From contig JAZDHP010000059.1 of the NCBI GenBank assembly GCA_043805855.1, positions 1 through 28,490 on the forward strand: a stretch of DNA of 28,490 nucleotides, read 5' to 3'. Shown here one piece after another: positions 15,919 to 25,185 of this stretch. This stretch comes from Candidatus Micrarchaeota archaeon (GTDB lineage Archaea > Micrarchaeota > Micrarchaeia > Norongarragalinales > UBA8480). Each line of letters starts with the position of its first letter. Positions within the stretch are counted from its first letter, which is position 1. Under the pieces are notes generated by a model. That model did no database searches and was not told where the DNA came from. It saw only the letters and a list, made by a program, of their open reading frames with translations. The translations under genes were made by a program, and so were the position numbers.

Positions 15919-15951
15919 AAAAACAACTCCAACGCTAATTATTAGCAAGCT

Positions 15952-16168
15952 GCAGAGGTGGCGGAATCCGGTAACGCGCTAGACTCGAAATCACGAGGCA
16001 GAAACAACGCTTCGCGTTGTGAACCTCGCCAAAAGGCGTGTCATCTAGTTGGCCTCACGGTCAGTATGGGTTCAAAGTGCTAAATAGGTCAGAAACGTGG
16101 TTTTCTTTTGGCCACGCATGGCCTTTTCTTTTCGCAAAAGAAAAGGCATGGCAATCCCATCCTCTGCG
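15952..16168 (+). tRNA. tRNA-Ser(CGA) with two introns (37/38: 15990-16042; 59/60: 16077-16154)
   Basis: acceptor GCAGAGG/CCTCTGC + G73; D arm GCG..GG..CGC; anticodon stem CTAGA/TCTAG with CT-CGA-A; long variable arm TGGCC/GGTCA; T stem ATGGG/CCCAT with loop TTCAAA|T; relaxed BHB at both junctions; CCA not encoded. Confidence 0.92.
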
Positions 16169-16196
16169 CTTAATACTTAAACAGATTGACAAAAAC

Positions 16197-16889
16197 ATGA
16201 AAAAAAAAATTATCGGCGTGTTAGGCGGCATGGGACCAGAATCCACAGCTAACTTTTACCACGAATTAATAATCCAATGCCAAAAACAATATGGAGCAAA
16301 ATACGACGAAGATTATCCAGAGATATTTCTTTATAACCTCCCTATTCCCGACGTAGTGGAAGGATTAGAAACGCCAGAAAAAACATTGAATATTCTTGTA
16401 AAAGGCGCAAAAAAACTAGAAGCAATAGGCGTAGATTTTATTGTAATGCCATGTAATACAGCCCATTTTTTCTATGAAGATATAAAAAAGGAAATTTCAA
16501 TCCCGTTCTTGAGCATAACCGAAGAAACAGCCAAGAAAGTAAAATTAAGGAATTTTAACAAAGTCGGATTGCTTGCAACTGGAACAACGGTTAGGCATAA
16601 TATTTACAATAAAGATTTTGACAAAGAAAGAATAGAATTGATTGTTCCAGAAAAACAAGAGAAAGTAACGAAAGTAATTATGAATATTTTAGCCGGTAAA
16701 AAATTGGAAAAAGATAAAGACGAATTGAAACAAATCATTCAAAATTTAAAGGATAAAGGAGCACAGGCAATAGTTATAGGTTGTACCGATATTCCAATTT
16801 TACTCAAACCTGAGGATATTAATATTGAAACTTTTGACACAGTCGAAGTTCTAGCTGAGTCTACAATTAAATTTGCGGTAAAAATCTGA
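16197..16889 (+). CDS. aspartate/glutamate racemase family protein; start revised to 16197
   Basis: IGVLGGMGPEST, PCNTAH and GCTD two-cysteine catalytic motifs; the longer ORF call overlaps the tRNA. Confidence 0.92.
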   Translation: MKKKIIGVLGGMGPESTANFYHELIIQCQKQYGAKYDEDYPEIFLYNLPIPDVVEGLETPEKTLNILVKGAKKLEAIGVDFIVMPCNTAHFFYEDIKKEISIPFLSITEETAKKVKLRNFNKVGLLATGTTVRHNIYNKDFDKERIELIVPEKQEKVTKVIMNILAGKKLEKDKDELKQIIQNLKDKGAQAIVIGCTDIPILLKPEDINIETFDTVEVLAESTIKFAVKI

Positions 16890-16972
16890 GACGCTCCGGA
16901 AAAACATTAACAGCCTTTCTCATTAGTTACTTTTTTAACCGTAAACGCATTTACTACTCGTAGTGAATTTCT

Positions 16973-17377
16973 ATGGCGCAAGTTTCAAATGAAGAGTTAA
17001 TTAAGAGAGCAAGGGCAGTTGCGAAGAAGCGCGTGATTGTAAACAAAGCTACTGCGATTAAAACCGGCGAAGTCGGCGCGGCGCTTGTAACTGACAAGGG
17101 AAACGTTTACGTCGGCGTTAGTATTGGCGCTGACTGCGGGACGGGATTTTGCGCTGAGTCAAGCGCAATCGCAGCAATGGCAACAGCCGGAGAACACAAG
17201 ATAAAAAAAATCGTTGCGGTTTCAGACACTGGAATTGTAATCCCCCCATGCGGCAGGTGTAGAGAAATAATTTACGAAATTAACAACAGCGCAGACGTTG
17301 ACGTCGTGCTTGGGAAAAACAAGGTTGTAAAGCTAAAGAAACTGCTACCGGAAATTTGGCAAGAGAAGTTTTACTAA
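16973..17377 (+). CDS. cdd: cytidine deaminase (homotetrameric, Cys-type zinc ligands)
   Basis: VGAAL..GNVYVG, FCAE, PPCGRCRE. Confidence 0.85.
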   Translation: MAQVSNEELIKRARAVAKKRVIVNKATAIKTGEVGAALVTDKGNVYVGVSIGADCGTGFCAESSAIAAMATAGEHKIKKIVAVSDTGIVIPPCGRCREIIYEINNSADVDVVLGKNKVVKLKKLLPEIWQEKFY

Positions 17378-17433
17378 CGCTAAAAGCTAACGTTTAAATG
17401 TCATTGGAGAGAAGTAATTGAAGTGAAAAATTT

Positions 17434-17775
17434 ATGGTTGGTTTAATTACTCTTGACCCGATTGCAGCAGTTTCTCTAGTTGCAAGTATTTTAGTTCTAC
17501 TCTACGTAGTAGGCTATTCGGTTATTTCTTACTATCAGCACAAGCGCGGTCAACTGCGCAGTGACTGGAAGATATCTGCCATTTTCTACGCGGGAATAAC
17601 GTTAATGGCACTCGCTTACATTTTTGCAGTTGTTGACTTTTGCTTTGGAACAATGTGCATGAATAACTTTTTCAACATCGCGTACTTAATTGCAATTCTA
17701 TTATTCGTATACGGACTTGAACTACGAACAGGCGCGATTAAAAAAATAGTACCGGAAAAGAAGCGCAAACGCTAA
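17434..17775 (+). CDS. small membrane protein (~3 TM)
   Basis: three hydrophobic segments and a basic C-terminal tail. Confidence 0.7.
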   Translation: MVGLITLDPIAAVSLVASILVLLYVVGYSVISYYQHKRGQLRSDWKISAIFYAGITLMALAYIFAVVDFCFGTMCMNNFFNIAYLIAILLFVYGLELRTGAIKKIVPEKKRKR

Positions 17776-17795
17776 ACTAAGCATAGTGCAATTTC

Positions 17796-18311
17796 ATGGC
17801 AAACGCTAAAATTAACAAAAGTAAACCAGAAATAAACTGGCTGAAGTTAATTGCAAGCATTGTAATTTGCCAAGCAGCTGGAATAATAGGCTCGATTTTT
17901 ACATTTGCAGCAATTCCTACTTGGTACGCTTTACTCGCTAAGCCAACGTTTGCGCCGCCGAACTGGATTTTTGCACCAGTATGGACGCTTTTATTTTTGC
18001 TAATGGGAATTGCACTTTACCTAGTTTGGGAAAAGGGTGCAACGCGAGAAACAAAGCTGCCGTTGAGTTTATTCGCGATTCAATTAGCGTTGAACGTAAC
18101 GTGGTCATTTTTGTTCTTCTCACTTAGAGACCCAGCGTCCGCGTTTATAGTAATAATCTTACTTTGGGTTGCAATTGCAGTGACGTTGTTGAGCTTCTAT
18201 TCAATTTCGCGCAAAGCAGGTTGGCTAATGGTTCCATATCTATTGTGGGTTACTTTTGCAGCTTATCTCAATCTTACAATATTGTTATTGAATTTAACGA
18301 TATCAAACTAG
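17796..18311 (+). CDS. tspO: TspO/MBR tryptophan-rich sensory protein
   Basis: WYALLAKPTFAPPNWIFAPVWTLL, QLALNVTWSFLFF, PYLLWVTFAAYLN. Confidence 0.95.
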   Translation: MANAKINKSKPEINWLKLIASIVICQAAGIIGSIFTFAAIPTWYALLAKPTFAPPNWIFAPVWTLLFLLMGIALYLVWEKGATRETKLPLSLFAIQLALNVTWSFLFFSLRDPASAFIVIILLWVAIAVTLLSFYSISRKAGWLMVPYLLWVTFAAYLNLTILLLNLTISN

Positions 18312-18320
18312 AAAAACAGT

Positions 18321-19775
18321 TTAGTTTTCTTTTATTGTAACCGTAGCTGTTGCTGAAGCGCTTGAACTGGGGTTAATTAACATTAAACCAGCTCCTTTTG
18401 GAACTGTACATTGAGTTGAAAATTGAGACGATAGAGAAGCCGAACACCCTGAAACAACTGCAAAATTACCTCTATTTACAAAGGACTGCGATTCACTCTC
18501 TGAAGGTATTATTGAAACGTTTAACTGCCGGTCAGAAGAAACGCTAAATGAATATTGAGAAGAGTCACGCGAGGTACACACCGGAATGAACAAAACGTAG
18601 CGCGGTGCAATAACTTGAGTTTTCTTGTAATCGTAAATGTACTTTGTATCAACAGATGAGTACATTATATTATTTGGATCCGTCGAGTGGTCGAATCCAA
18701 TTACATGGCCAAGTTCATGAGTAACAATGTGTTTAACAGAATCATAGTCATACGCTTGCCATTCGCCTATACATTTGCTATCGCCAAGTGCAATTTGTAC
18801 GAAGTTCGTGTTCACAACGTGGCCAAGCGCAAGAGAACCAAATTCCTTTAGCCACTCTAGCCTAATAGCTGCATTATCGTCAACTGCAAAACTTACATTA
18901 GCGTTGCTAGCCCAGTAGCTAAACGCGTCTTGCATTACGTTGGACAATTGCGAATCAGACCATGATGGAAGCGGCTCAACGCCAATATGTATAACTTGGT
19001 TAAGCCGAACAGTTGGAAGTTGATTTTCAATAATCGCAATGCTATTAAGATCATTGGCAAATTGCTGCTTTTGCTTAGCAACATCAACATTGCAACTAAT
19101 TAAATCAACAGCATAAGTGTTCACAAAATCACTAGCATTCAAAGTTGCCTTTTTAACAGAAGCTAATAAGGTTTGGTTATTGTAATAACAAGCAGGCTGT
19201 GAATTAGTGTTCAAAGAATCACAGGATAATTTGACGGAATTCCAAGTAAGCCAAGCTAATTGGTAATTTGATTTACGTAGGTTAAAGTCGGAAACAAGCA
19301 CATTACACTTAGTAGCTAGAGCGCTTAGCGCAGTTAAGTCCAACTGTACAGTATTAGCGTTAATTTCATTTGCAGCTCGAGTATTTTCAAGCATAGCTAA
19401 GGTAAATTCCGGCGAAATGCCACGTTGCGAAAGCACGCTTGCTTCGTTGGAAACAAAACCAGCCAAGGCGCCTAGTTGTTCGTTGTTGCGTTTAATCGCA
19501 TCTAGATAGGTATAGCTAGCGTTAAGCTTTGCGTTTACTGCAGATGTGTTTTTGCCCGTAATTGAATTGTAGCTGGAAAAAAGCGCGTTTAACTTGTTGG
19601 AATCGTCGTTGAACACGGATAACCGCTGGTTATATTCTTCTAGCACGCGACTAGAGTTGAAAAACCAAAAGCCAACAACAATAATCGCCGCTAAAAGCAG
19701 TACAATAGCAACTAGCACAGCTGGCGACTTGTACAATTTTATTATTTCCCGGTTAGAAAAGCGAGGCGTTTGCAT
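18321..19775 (-). CDS. membrane-anchored matrixin (M10/metzincin) zinc metalloprotease
   Basis: N-terminal TM, helical stalk, HELGHVIGFDH plus Met-turn NIMY; ATG at 19775 preferred. Confidence 0.85.
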   Translation of the reverse strand: MQTPRFSNREIIKLYKSPAVLVAIVLLLAAIIVVGFWFFNSSRVLEEYNQRLSVFNDDSNKLNALFSSYNSITGKNTSAVNAKLNASYTYLDAIKRNNEQLGALAGFVSNEASVLSQRGISPEFTLAMLENTRAANEINANTVQLDLTALSALATKCNVLVSDFNLRKSNYQLAWLTWNSVKLSCDSLNTNSQPACYYNNQTLLASVKKATLNASDFVNTYAVDLISCNVDVAKQKQQFANDLNSIAIIENQLPTVRLNQVIHIGVEPLPSWSDSQLSNVMQDAFSYWASNANVSFAVDDNAAIRLEWLKEFGSLALGHVVNTNFVQIALGDSKCIGEWQAYDYDSVKHIVTHELGHVIGFDHSTDPNNIMYSSVDTKYIYDYKKTQVIAPRYVLFIPVCTSRDSSQYSFSVSSDRQLNVSIIPSESESQSFVNRGNFAVVSGCSASLSSQFSTQCTVPKGAGLMLINPSSSASATATVTIKEN

Positions 19776-19831
19776 TGATAAAAACAAGGCAAAGCAAGTA
19801 TAAAATAGATAGAGAACTATTTTAGCATAAA

Positions 19832-20674
19832 TTATTTTACGCGCGGTTTATTATAGCGATATGTTGTTGCTGCATCCACTAATCGGCGAGCTATTTGTCT
19901 AGCTTCTTGGCTTTTTAAAACTTTGAAAATATGCGAAGCGTGGCCAGCAATTCTTTCACTTGGCCCAAAATGTCGTTCTAAAATTCCAGCAATTGAAACC
20001 GGAGTAGGCCCGTTTGCCAACGCAACTATAACCGGCAAATCTCGGTCATGCGCATCAAAAAAAGCGTGTATTGGGTGGGATTCGCACGATTCTCTAGGCA
20101 TAATGTGCAAATGCGCAGCTAAAGTATCTTGTCTGATATTATGAACATTAAAGTAGTGAAAAACATCCATGTAACGATTTACAAAAGTGTCAACGCGCAT
20201 TTCTTTGTCAAGCTCGTTAAAAACGTTTGGCGTTATCTTTACAACCATTGAACGTCTGCCATTTGGTTTAATTAGCCATTTACTTCTACCCCAGTGGCTA
20301 AACATTTCAACTGGAAGGCCAACCGAGTGGGTTTCACTGCTTGAAAAAACACCGTGTGAATTAACCTGCTTACCAAAAAAATCAACAGCGCGGTTAAACT
20401 CTTCGGGGTCAACTTCAATTCGCGAAAAACGTCCGATTGAAATATGCGGCATTGAAGAAGCTGACTGGCCCCGCGCAGCCCTTTCAGCAGAAGCGTGAGT
20501 CTGCGCTACTTGAAGTGGAATTGAACGATGGCCGTCAGTTAGAATAATACCCTGAACGACATTTCGCTTTGAACCAAGGTTAGCCGCTCCGACTACTATG
20601 CGATCAGGCTGTTTTCCAACACGTAGAGTAGGAATTAGAAACTCGCGCACAAATTCGTCTGGCGTGTGCTTCAT
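19832..20674 (-). CDS. hypothetical protein
   Basis: ~280-aa ORF filling the gap between neighbours; His-rich C-terminal half; no family recognised; start uncertain. Confidence 0.6.
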   Translation of the reverse strand: MKHTPDEFVREFLIPTLRVGKQPDRIVVGAANLGSKRNVVQGIILTDGHRSIPLQVAQTHASAERAARGQSASSMPHISIGRFSRIEVDPEEFNRAVDFFGKQVNSHGVFSSSETHSVGLPVEMFSHWGRSKWLIKPNGRRSMVVKITPNVFNELDKEMRVDTFVNRYMDVFHYFNVHNIRQDTLAAHLHIMPRESCESHPIHAFFDAHDRDLPVIVALANGPTPVSIAGILERHFGPSERIAGHASHIFKVLKSQEARQIARRLVDAATTYRYNKPRVK

Positions 20675-20785
20675 GTACAAGTTGTACATTAACTGTAAAC
20701 TCATGAAAATAAGTAAAACGACGAAATTTTTAATAGCACACGTTAGTAAAGACGTTCAACTGTCTTTTCCTTCTCTTCTGCTTTT

Positions 20786-21988
20786 CTACTTGTAGAATAC
20801 TATGCGTTCCATTTCGTCTCCTTTAACTTTGTAAAGTCCACCGCCGCGATCTCCCCAAGTTGTGCCTACAATTAACTCTCCGTTGTATTTTGCAATGGAA
20901 TTAACTCCAATTTTGTTTGTTTGGTATCGCGATTCAGTTTCAATTGGAGTAGCTACGTGTTGAACTTGCCCGTCAACTATTTTAAAGAGCCCGCGCTTGT
21001 CAACAGCAAGTGCATCTTCAGCAGGAAATGAGCCAACTCCGAAATAAACAATTCCATCAATTGTCTTGAAAAACTCACAGTCGTCAGCAACTTCTTTTAA
21101 CAGTTGCCACTGCCCAGAGTAGCGGTAAACTTTTGCACTTTCTCCACACGCGTACAACGCTGAGCCATCTGTTCCAAGCTGCGTAAAGCGGTCAAGATCA
21201 ACTTGGCTAGTGTCAGTTACAAGATCTTCAAAACGAGGCGCATTTTCGCCAATAGGAATATGTTTATACACCGCACTATCTTCGCCCACGTAAAGCGTTG
21301 CACCGTATAGTTCAATGTCAGTTATTCCCGGAAGGCCTGTATCTTCTTTAACGCCTGGCACTTCTTGCCATTGATTTCCAACTAGCTTCAATACCCGATC
21401 AGTACGCACTACCCCCCCGTGGGTTTCAGATTGAAAAGCATAAGACGCGCCAACATACAACTCGCCATTAAATACTTTCATCTTATCTATGCCAAAGAAA
21501 CCACCCGCAGGCGCACCTGGCGCTGGATAATCTAAGTATTCCCATTCGCCATTATCTTTCATTTTAAACAACCCAGCGGCACCAGCAACGTACAGTACAT
21601 TGTTGTAAACCGCTAAGCTGTTCAATTCAAATAACTTGTCTTTAAACTTTGGATCTTCGCGCGAAAAAGTTGAGTTATAAACCGTTAATCGCATAACTTC
21701 CTTTGGAACAGTTCTATCGTCGACATATTGGTAAACTATTGAAGAAGTGCCGGCGCTGCTGACAATGTAAAGTTTATTGTTATAAACCGCCATATCTTTC
21801 GGCGACATTATCCAAATTGGCCGACGGTCAGGTTGTCCATTGTTAACATCGGAATAATTTGTTTGAGAATCATCCACTTGCGCATCGCCTGCGGAATCGC
21901 CAGGATTTGAAGCAGAGTCAAGAGGTTGGGCTATACACCCAAATAATAGAAAAAAGGAAAACAAAGTGCAAATAATTGTCAATCGCAT
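20786..21988 (-). CDS. secreted lipoprotein, probable beta-propeller
   Basis: lipobox-like LLFGC; repeated (V)YNNxLYV / FNGELYVG / YNGELIVG blades. Confidence 0.75.
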   Translation of the reverse strand: MRLTIICTLFSFFLLFGCIAQPLDSASNPGDSAGDAQVDDSQTNYSDVNNGQPDRRPIWIMSPKDMAVYNNKLYIVSSAGTSSIVYQYVDDRTVPKEVMRLTVYNSTFSREDPKFKDKLFELNSLAVYNNVLYVAGAAGLFKMKDNGEWEYLDYPAPGAPAGGFFGIDKMKVFNGELYVGASYAFQSETHGGVVRTDRVLKLVGNQWQEVPGVKEDTGLPGITDIELYGATLYVGEDSAVYKHIPIGENAPRFEDLVTDTSQVDLDRFTQLGTDGSALYACGESAKVYRYSGQWQLLKEVADDCEFFKTIDGIVYFGVGSFPAEDALAVDKRGLFKIVDGQVQHVATPIETESRYQTNKIGVNSIAKYNGELIVGTTWGDRGGGLYKVKGDEMERIVFYK

Positions 21989-22098
21989 GCAAAGTTAATT
22001 CTAGCGAAGAATAAAAAGCTAACTACGTTTTGAGCTGTAACGTTAGCGTCAGATGAAAAACAGAAAATTTATTAAGATACACCTTATAATTGGCAATT

Positions 22099-22546
22099 AT
22101 GGAATTAGTAGATTTTATAGTCAAAGCTAAAAAAACAGACTTATGCAAGTGGAAATCCTGCTAAAAAGTTAGAAGACGGATTTGAAGAATTTATTTTTGA
22201 GGGGAATGGTTTCAAGTATAGAGACAGATATCATGCAAGAGATTCAAGACCATTCGGCGGAGAGGAAATTGTTTGGCAAAATGGCAAAGCTATTTGGATA
22301 ATGAATTATTATGGCTATATTCTTTCTTATAAGATAGACTGCAAAAAGGTTTATGATTTTCTTAGAAAAGCTATGAGTCTTGTAAATGAAAAAAGACCTT
22401 TTAGAGGTCCTTCACATTTGAAAGAAGGAGATTTTGAATATATCGATAAAAGTGAAGGAACTTTAGATAATTTCAAAGGAACCGAAAGAATATTATTCCA
22501 AGGAGAAGAGGTTTACAAATTGGAATATCACGGCGGAAAAGTATAA
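22099..22546 (+). pseudogene. DUF5680-like gene interrupted by a +1 frameshift in an A7 run (22129-22135)
   Basis: removing one A gives a continuous 148-aa protein MELVDFIVKAKKQTYASG...YRDRY...FGGEEIVW...WIMNYYG...PFRGP...YHGG. Confidence 0.75.
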
Positions 22547-22570
22547 ATGTAAAAAAGCAGTTAAAAGCAA

Positions 22571-22861
22571 CTAAGGGTATTCAACTTCAACGTCTTGGCT
22601 TTTTTGACCCATTTTACACTGACAGACTAACCTTTTCCTCGGAGCTTCTACACCAAAACCCTGTAACGTTGACTTTTCATTGTCGCTCGCTGGCTCGAGG
22701 TTTTCAGCACCTTGTGTAATTGTACTCAAGCAAGTGCCGCAAACTCCGTTGCCGCACCCAAATGGAATAGACGCGCCGTTTTCGTCACAAATTTCACGCA
22801 CGCTTTTCCCAGCCGGAACTTCAACACTAATATTATCGTTTTTTATTTTAACTTTTGCCAT
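22571..22861 (-). CDS. 2Fe-2S ferredoxin; start revised to MAKVKI at 22861
   Basis: IPFGCGNGVCGTC...RLVCQ. Confidence 0.92.
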   Translation of the reverse strand: MAKVKIKNDNISVEVPAGKSVREICDENGASIPFGCGNGVCGTCLSTITQGAENLEPASDNEKSTLQGFGVEAPRKRLVCQCKMGQKSQDVEVEYP

Positions 22862-22926
22862 TGTAAACCACTGATATTTATAGACGCAATAAAGGAATAA
22901 AAGGGTATTCACCTTAAAGTAAATTG

Positions 22927-24486
22927 ATGCTAAAAAAGAAGCTTAGAAAAAAGTTCACTAAATCAAAAAAACGCGGGCAAACTGCAGTTGAGTATATTGC
23001 CACCTACACTTGGGCAGTTGCGCTACTTGCAATAATAGGCGGGCTACTTTACTCAAATGGATTTCCCGAAATCGGCGTAGTTGGGTTAAAACAAGCAAGT
23101 GTAAGCGGCTTTGCTGTACTTGACTTCAAAATGGACGAAAACGGAAATTTACTTTTAAACGTTGGAAACGCGTTGCACCGACAAATACAATTAACTGGAA
23201 CAGTTTCAGTAAACGGCGCGCCGAAAACTCTAACAGCGTACAACAACAGTGCAATGACTTTGAATCGTGGCGAAACTGGAACATACTTAATAACAAACGC
23301 GCTTGACGTAAATAACGTAAACGAGTGGTTTGACGTAAAGTCAATTTCAATTGAATACCTTGCAACAGATACGAACGTCGTCCACTTTGCGCACGGATTT
23401 GCAAAGGGAAAACGCGAAAGCGGTTCAATTAATCAAGAACCAATTTTACTATTCGAGTGGAAAGACCAAACTGACTTTAGCAAGGGTAATTTCAATTCAA
23501 CAGCGTGGGATTCAAACAGCGTAACGCTATCAGCACTTAGCGGACAATTTACATCTGAAATTCGCGACGCGCTGGCTATAGTTAACTGGAGTAACGTTTC
23601 ATGGCAACAGCAAACTCCATTTTCAAACGGGACGCCACTTACGGGAAGCGTAGCTGCAGATTGGGGTTTTGACAACGGGTGCAATTTAACCGATTCAAGC
23701 GGCAACAGTAACACTGCAAGTTTCCAACCAAGTTGCGACGCTAGTAAATTCAAGCCAATTGGTCCATTTGGCAACGCAGTTTGTTTCAACGGAGTAAACG
23801 AATCAATAACCGTACAAAACAGTGCTTCGCTAAACGTGAACGATATTACAATTGAACTTTGGGTTTATCACAATGCCACTTCTAACTGGTACTACTTAGC
23901 AGAAAAAGGGTACAGTAACCAATACCGATTGGGGTTAACTGGAAGTGACCAAGTACGCTGGCTTGTTGGCGGAGTTGGAGAAATGTACAGTTCGCACACA
24001 ATACCAAAATACACCTGGACGCACATCGCAGCAACATATCACAATAACCCTTCTTACATGGAAGACACAATGCAAATTTACATCAACGGAGCACTTGACA
24101 GCACATTTACCGGCTACGGCACTCGATTACTAACAAGTTCGCCACTTGCAATGGGTGCGACGATTTACGGCGACAACGCGTTTAAAGGATGTCTAGATGA
24201 AGTTAGAATTTACAGCAAACAACTAAACTCAACCGAAGTTAATAACACTTACAAAAACGGCGCAGTTGTTTCAAAAATACAAGTACGGTCATGCAACGAC
24301 CAGCAATGTAATGGCGAACAATTCACCGGACCAGACGCAACGCCGAACACATACTACACTTCGCCGACAAACCTAAACGTACCTAACAATCAATATCTAC
24401 AGTTCAAAATCTTATTCACGACGCCAAGTTTAGGAGCAAAGCCAAAATTGTACAACGTGACGATAAAAGCGAATAAAATAAATTAA
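22927..24486 (+). CDS. class III signal peptide (pilin-like) surface protein with LamG/ConA-like domain
   Basis: KKRG|QTAVEYIATYTWAV prepilin-type cleavage motif; DSSGNSN, TIELWV, WTHIAATY, IYING, FKGCLDEVRIY LamG motifs. Confidence 0.85.
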   Translation: MLKKKLRKKFTKSKKRGQTAVEYIATYTWAVALLAIIGGLLYSNGFPEIGVVGLKQASVSGFAVLDFKMDENGNLLLNVGNALHRQIQLTGTVSVNGAPKTLTAYNNSAMTLNRGETGTYLITNALDVNNVNEWFDVKSISIEYLATDTNVVHFAHGFAKGKRESGSINQEPILLFEWKDQTDFSKGNFNSTAWDSNSVTLSALSGQFTSEIRDALAIVNWSNVSWQQQTPFSNGTPLTGSVAADWGFDNGCNLTDSSGNSNTASFQPSCDASKFKPIGPFGNAVCFNGVNESITVQNSASLNVNDITIELWVYHNATSNWYYLAEKGYSNQYRLGLTGSDQVRWLVGGVGEMYSSHTIPKYTWTHIAATYHNNPSYMEDTMQIYINGALDSTFTGYGTRLLTSSPLAMGATIYGDNAFKGCLDEVRIYSKQLNSTEVNNTYKNGAVVSKIQVRSCNDQQCNGEQFTGPDATPNTYYTSPTNLNVPNNQYLQFKILFTTPSLGAKPKLYNVTIKANKIN

Positions 24487-24503
24487 AGATATAGTGAAAT
24501 TAC

Positions 24504-25184
24504 ATGGTTATTAGTTTTCCAAGAGAAATTGTTGAAAAGGCATGGAAAGAAATTCCAGTTGGCGAAAGCCGAGACTTTGACGAATACAGAGTATTGAGAA
24601 CGCCAAAACTTGTGCTTTTTGCGCCTCATAGTTCAAACTGGAATAAACCCGCAGACCCGCGTTACTTTGCACAGCCAGTTCACATAGTTGCTTTTCCAGA
24701 TCCAAAGCACTTTGAAGATTTTGCAAACGCTAGTCGCGTATTAACCGGCGGCGGTCCTTCATGGCGTAACCCAATTGCAATAGGCACGCTTGCACTAAAC
24801 CCACCGTCTAGCTTTCACACTAAAATAGGAGACGGACCGCGTATTTCACGCACGTACTTTACCCTTAGCGCAATACAAGCGCATTACACTGTTGGCAGGG
24901 GCAAAACGAAAGAAGAAAAAGCAGCTCCGTTCCCACGGAAACTAGCAACTCGATACGCTGGATGGAGAAAACACGCGCTCGACCTCCTCATGCAAGTGAC
25001 AAAAGAAAAACAATTTATAATAACTGCCGGGAGCATTGCGCTAAATGCTTATCGCCCGAAAAACCAAAAGAAATACGCTGAAAGTTTAATTTGTGAGCTA
25101 CGCGAAGCTGCGAAAAAACACGGGCTAAGCTTTAAACACGTAAGGCCAGGCGAACACGATCAATTCGTAGAAATCGGAGAATAA
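24504..25184 (+). CDS. hypothetical protein
   Basis: 226-aa ORF following the LamG gene; no family recognised. Confidence 0.6.
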   Translation: MVISFPREIVEKAWKEIPVGESRDFDEYRVLRTPKLVLFAPHSSNWNKPADPRYFAQPVHIVAFPDPKHFEDFANASRVLTGGGPSWRNPIAIGTLALNPPSSFHTKIGDGPRISRTYFTLSAIQAHYTVGRGKTKEEKAAPFPRKLATRYAGWRKHALDLLMQVTKEKQFIITAGSIALNAYRPKNQKKYAESLICELREAAKKHGLSFKHVRPGEHDQFVEIGE

Positions 25185-25185
25185 A

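Noticed and set aside
15990..16154. Hammerhead ribozymes in the tRNA introns (GAAAC followed by a stem)
   Set aside because: No CUGANGA core and no valid NUH cleavage triplet
16038..16196. N-terminal extension of the racemase in the ORF track
   Set aside because: It overlaps the tRNA; the family-typical start MKKKIIGVLGGMGP is at 16197
16150..22550. tRNA-anchored genomic island beginning at the AT-rich racemase gene
   Set aside because: No integrase and no duplicated tRNA 3' end seen in the window
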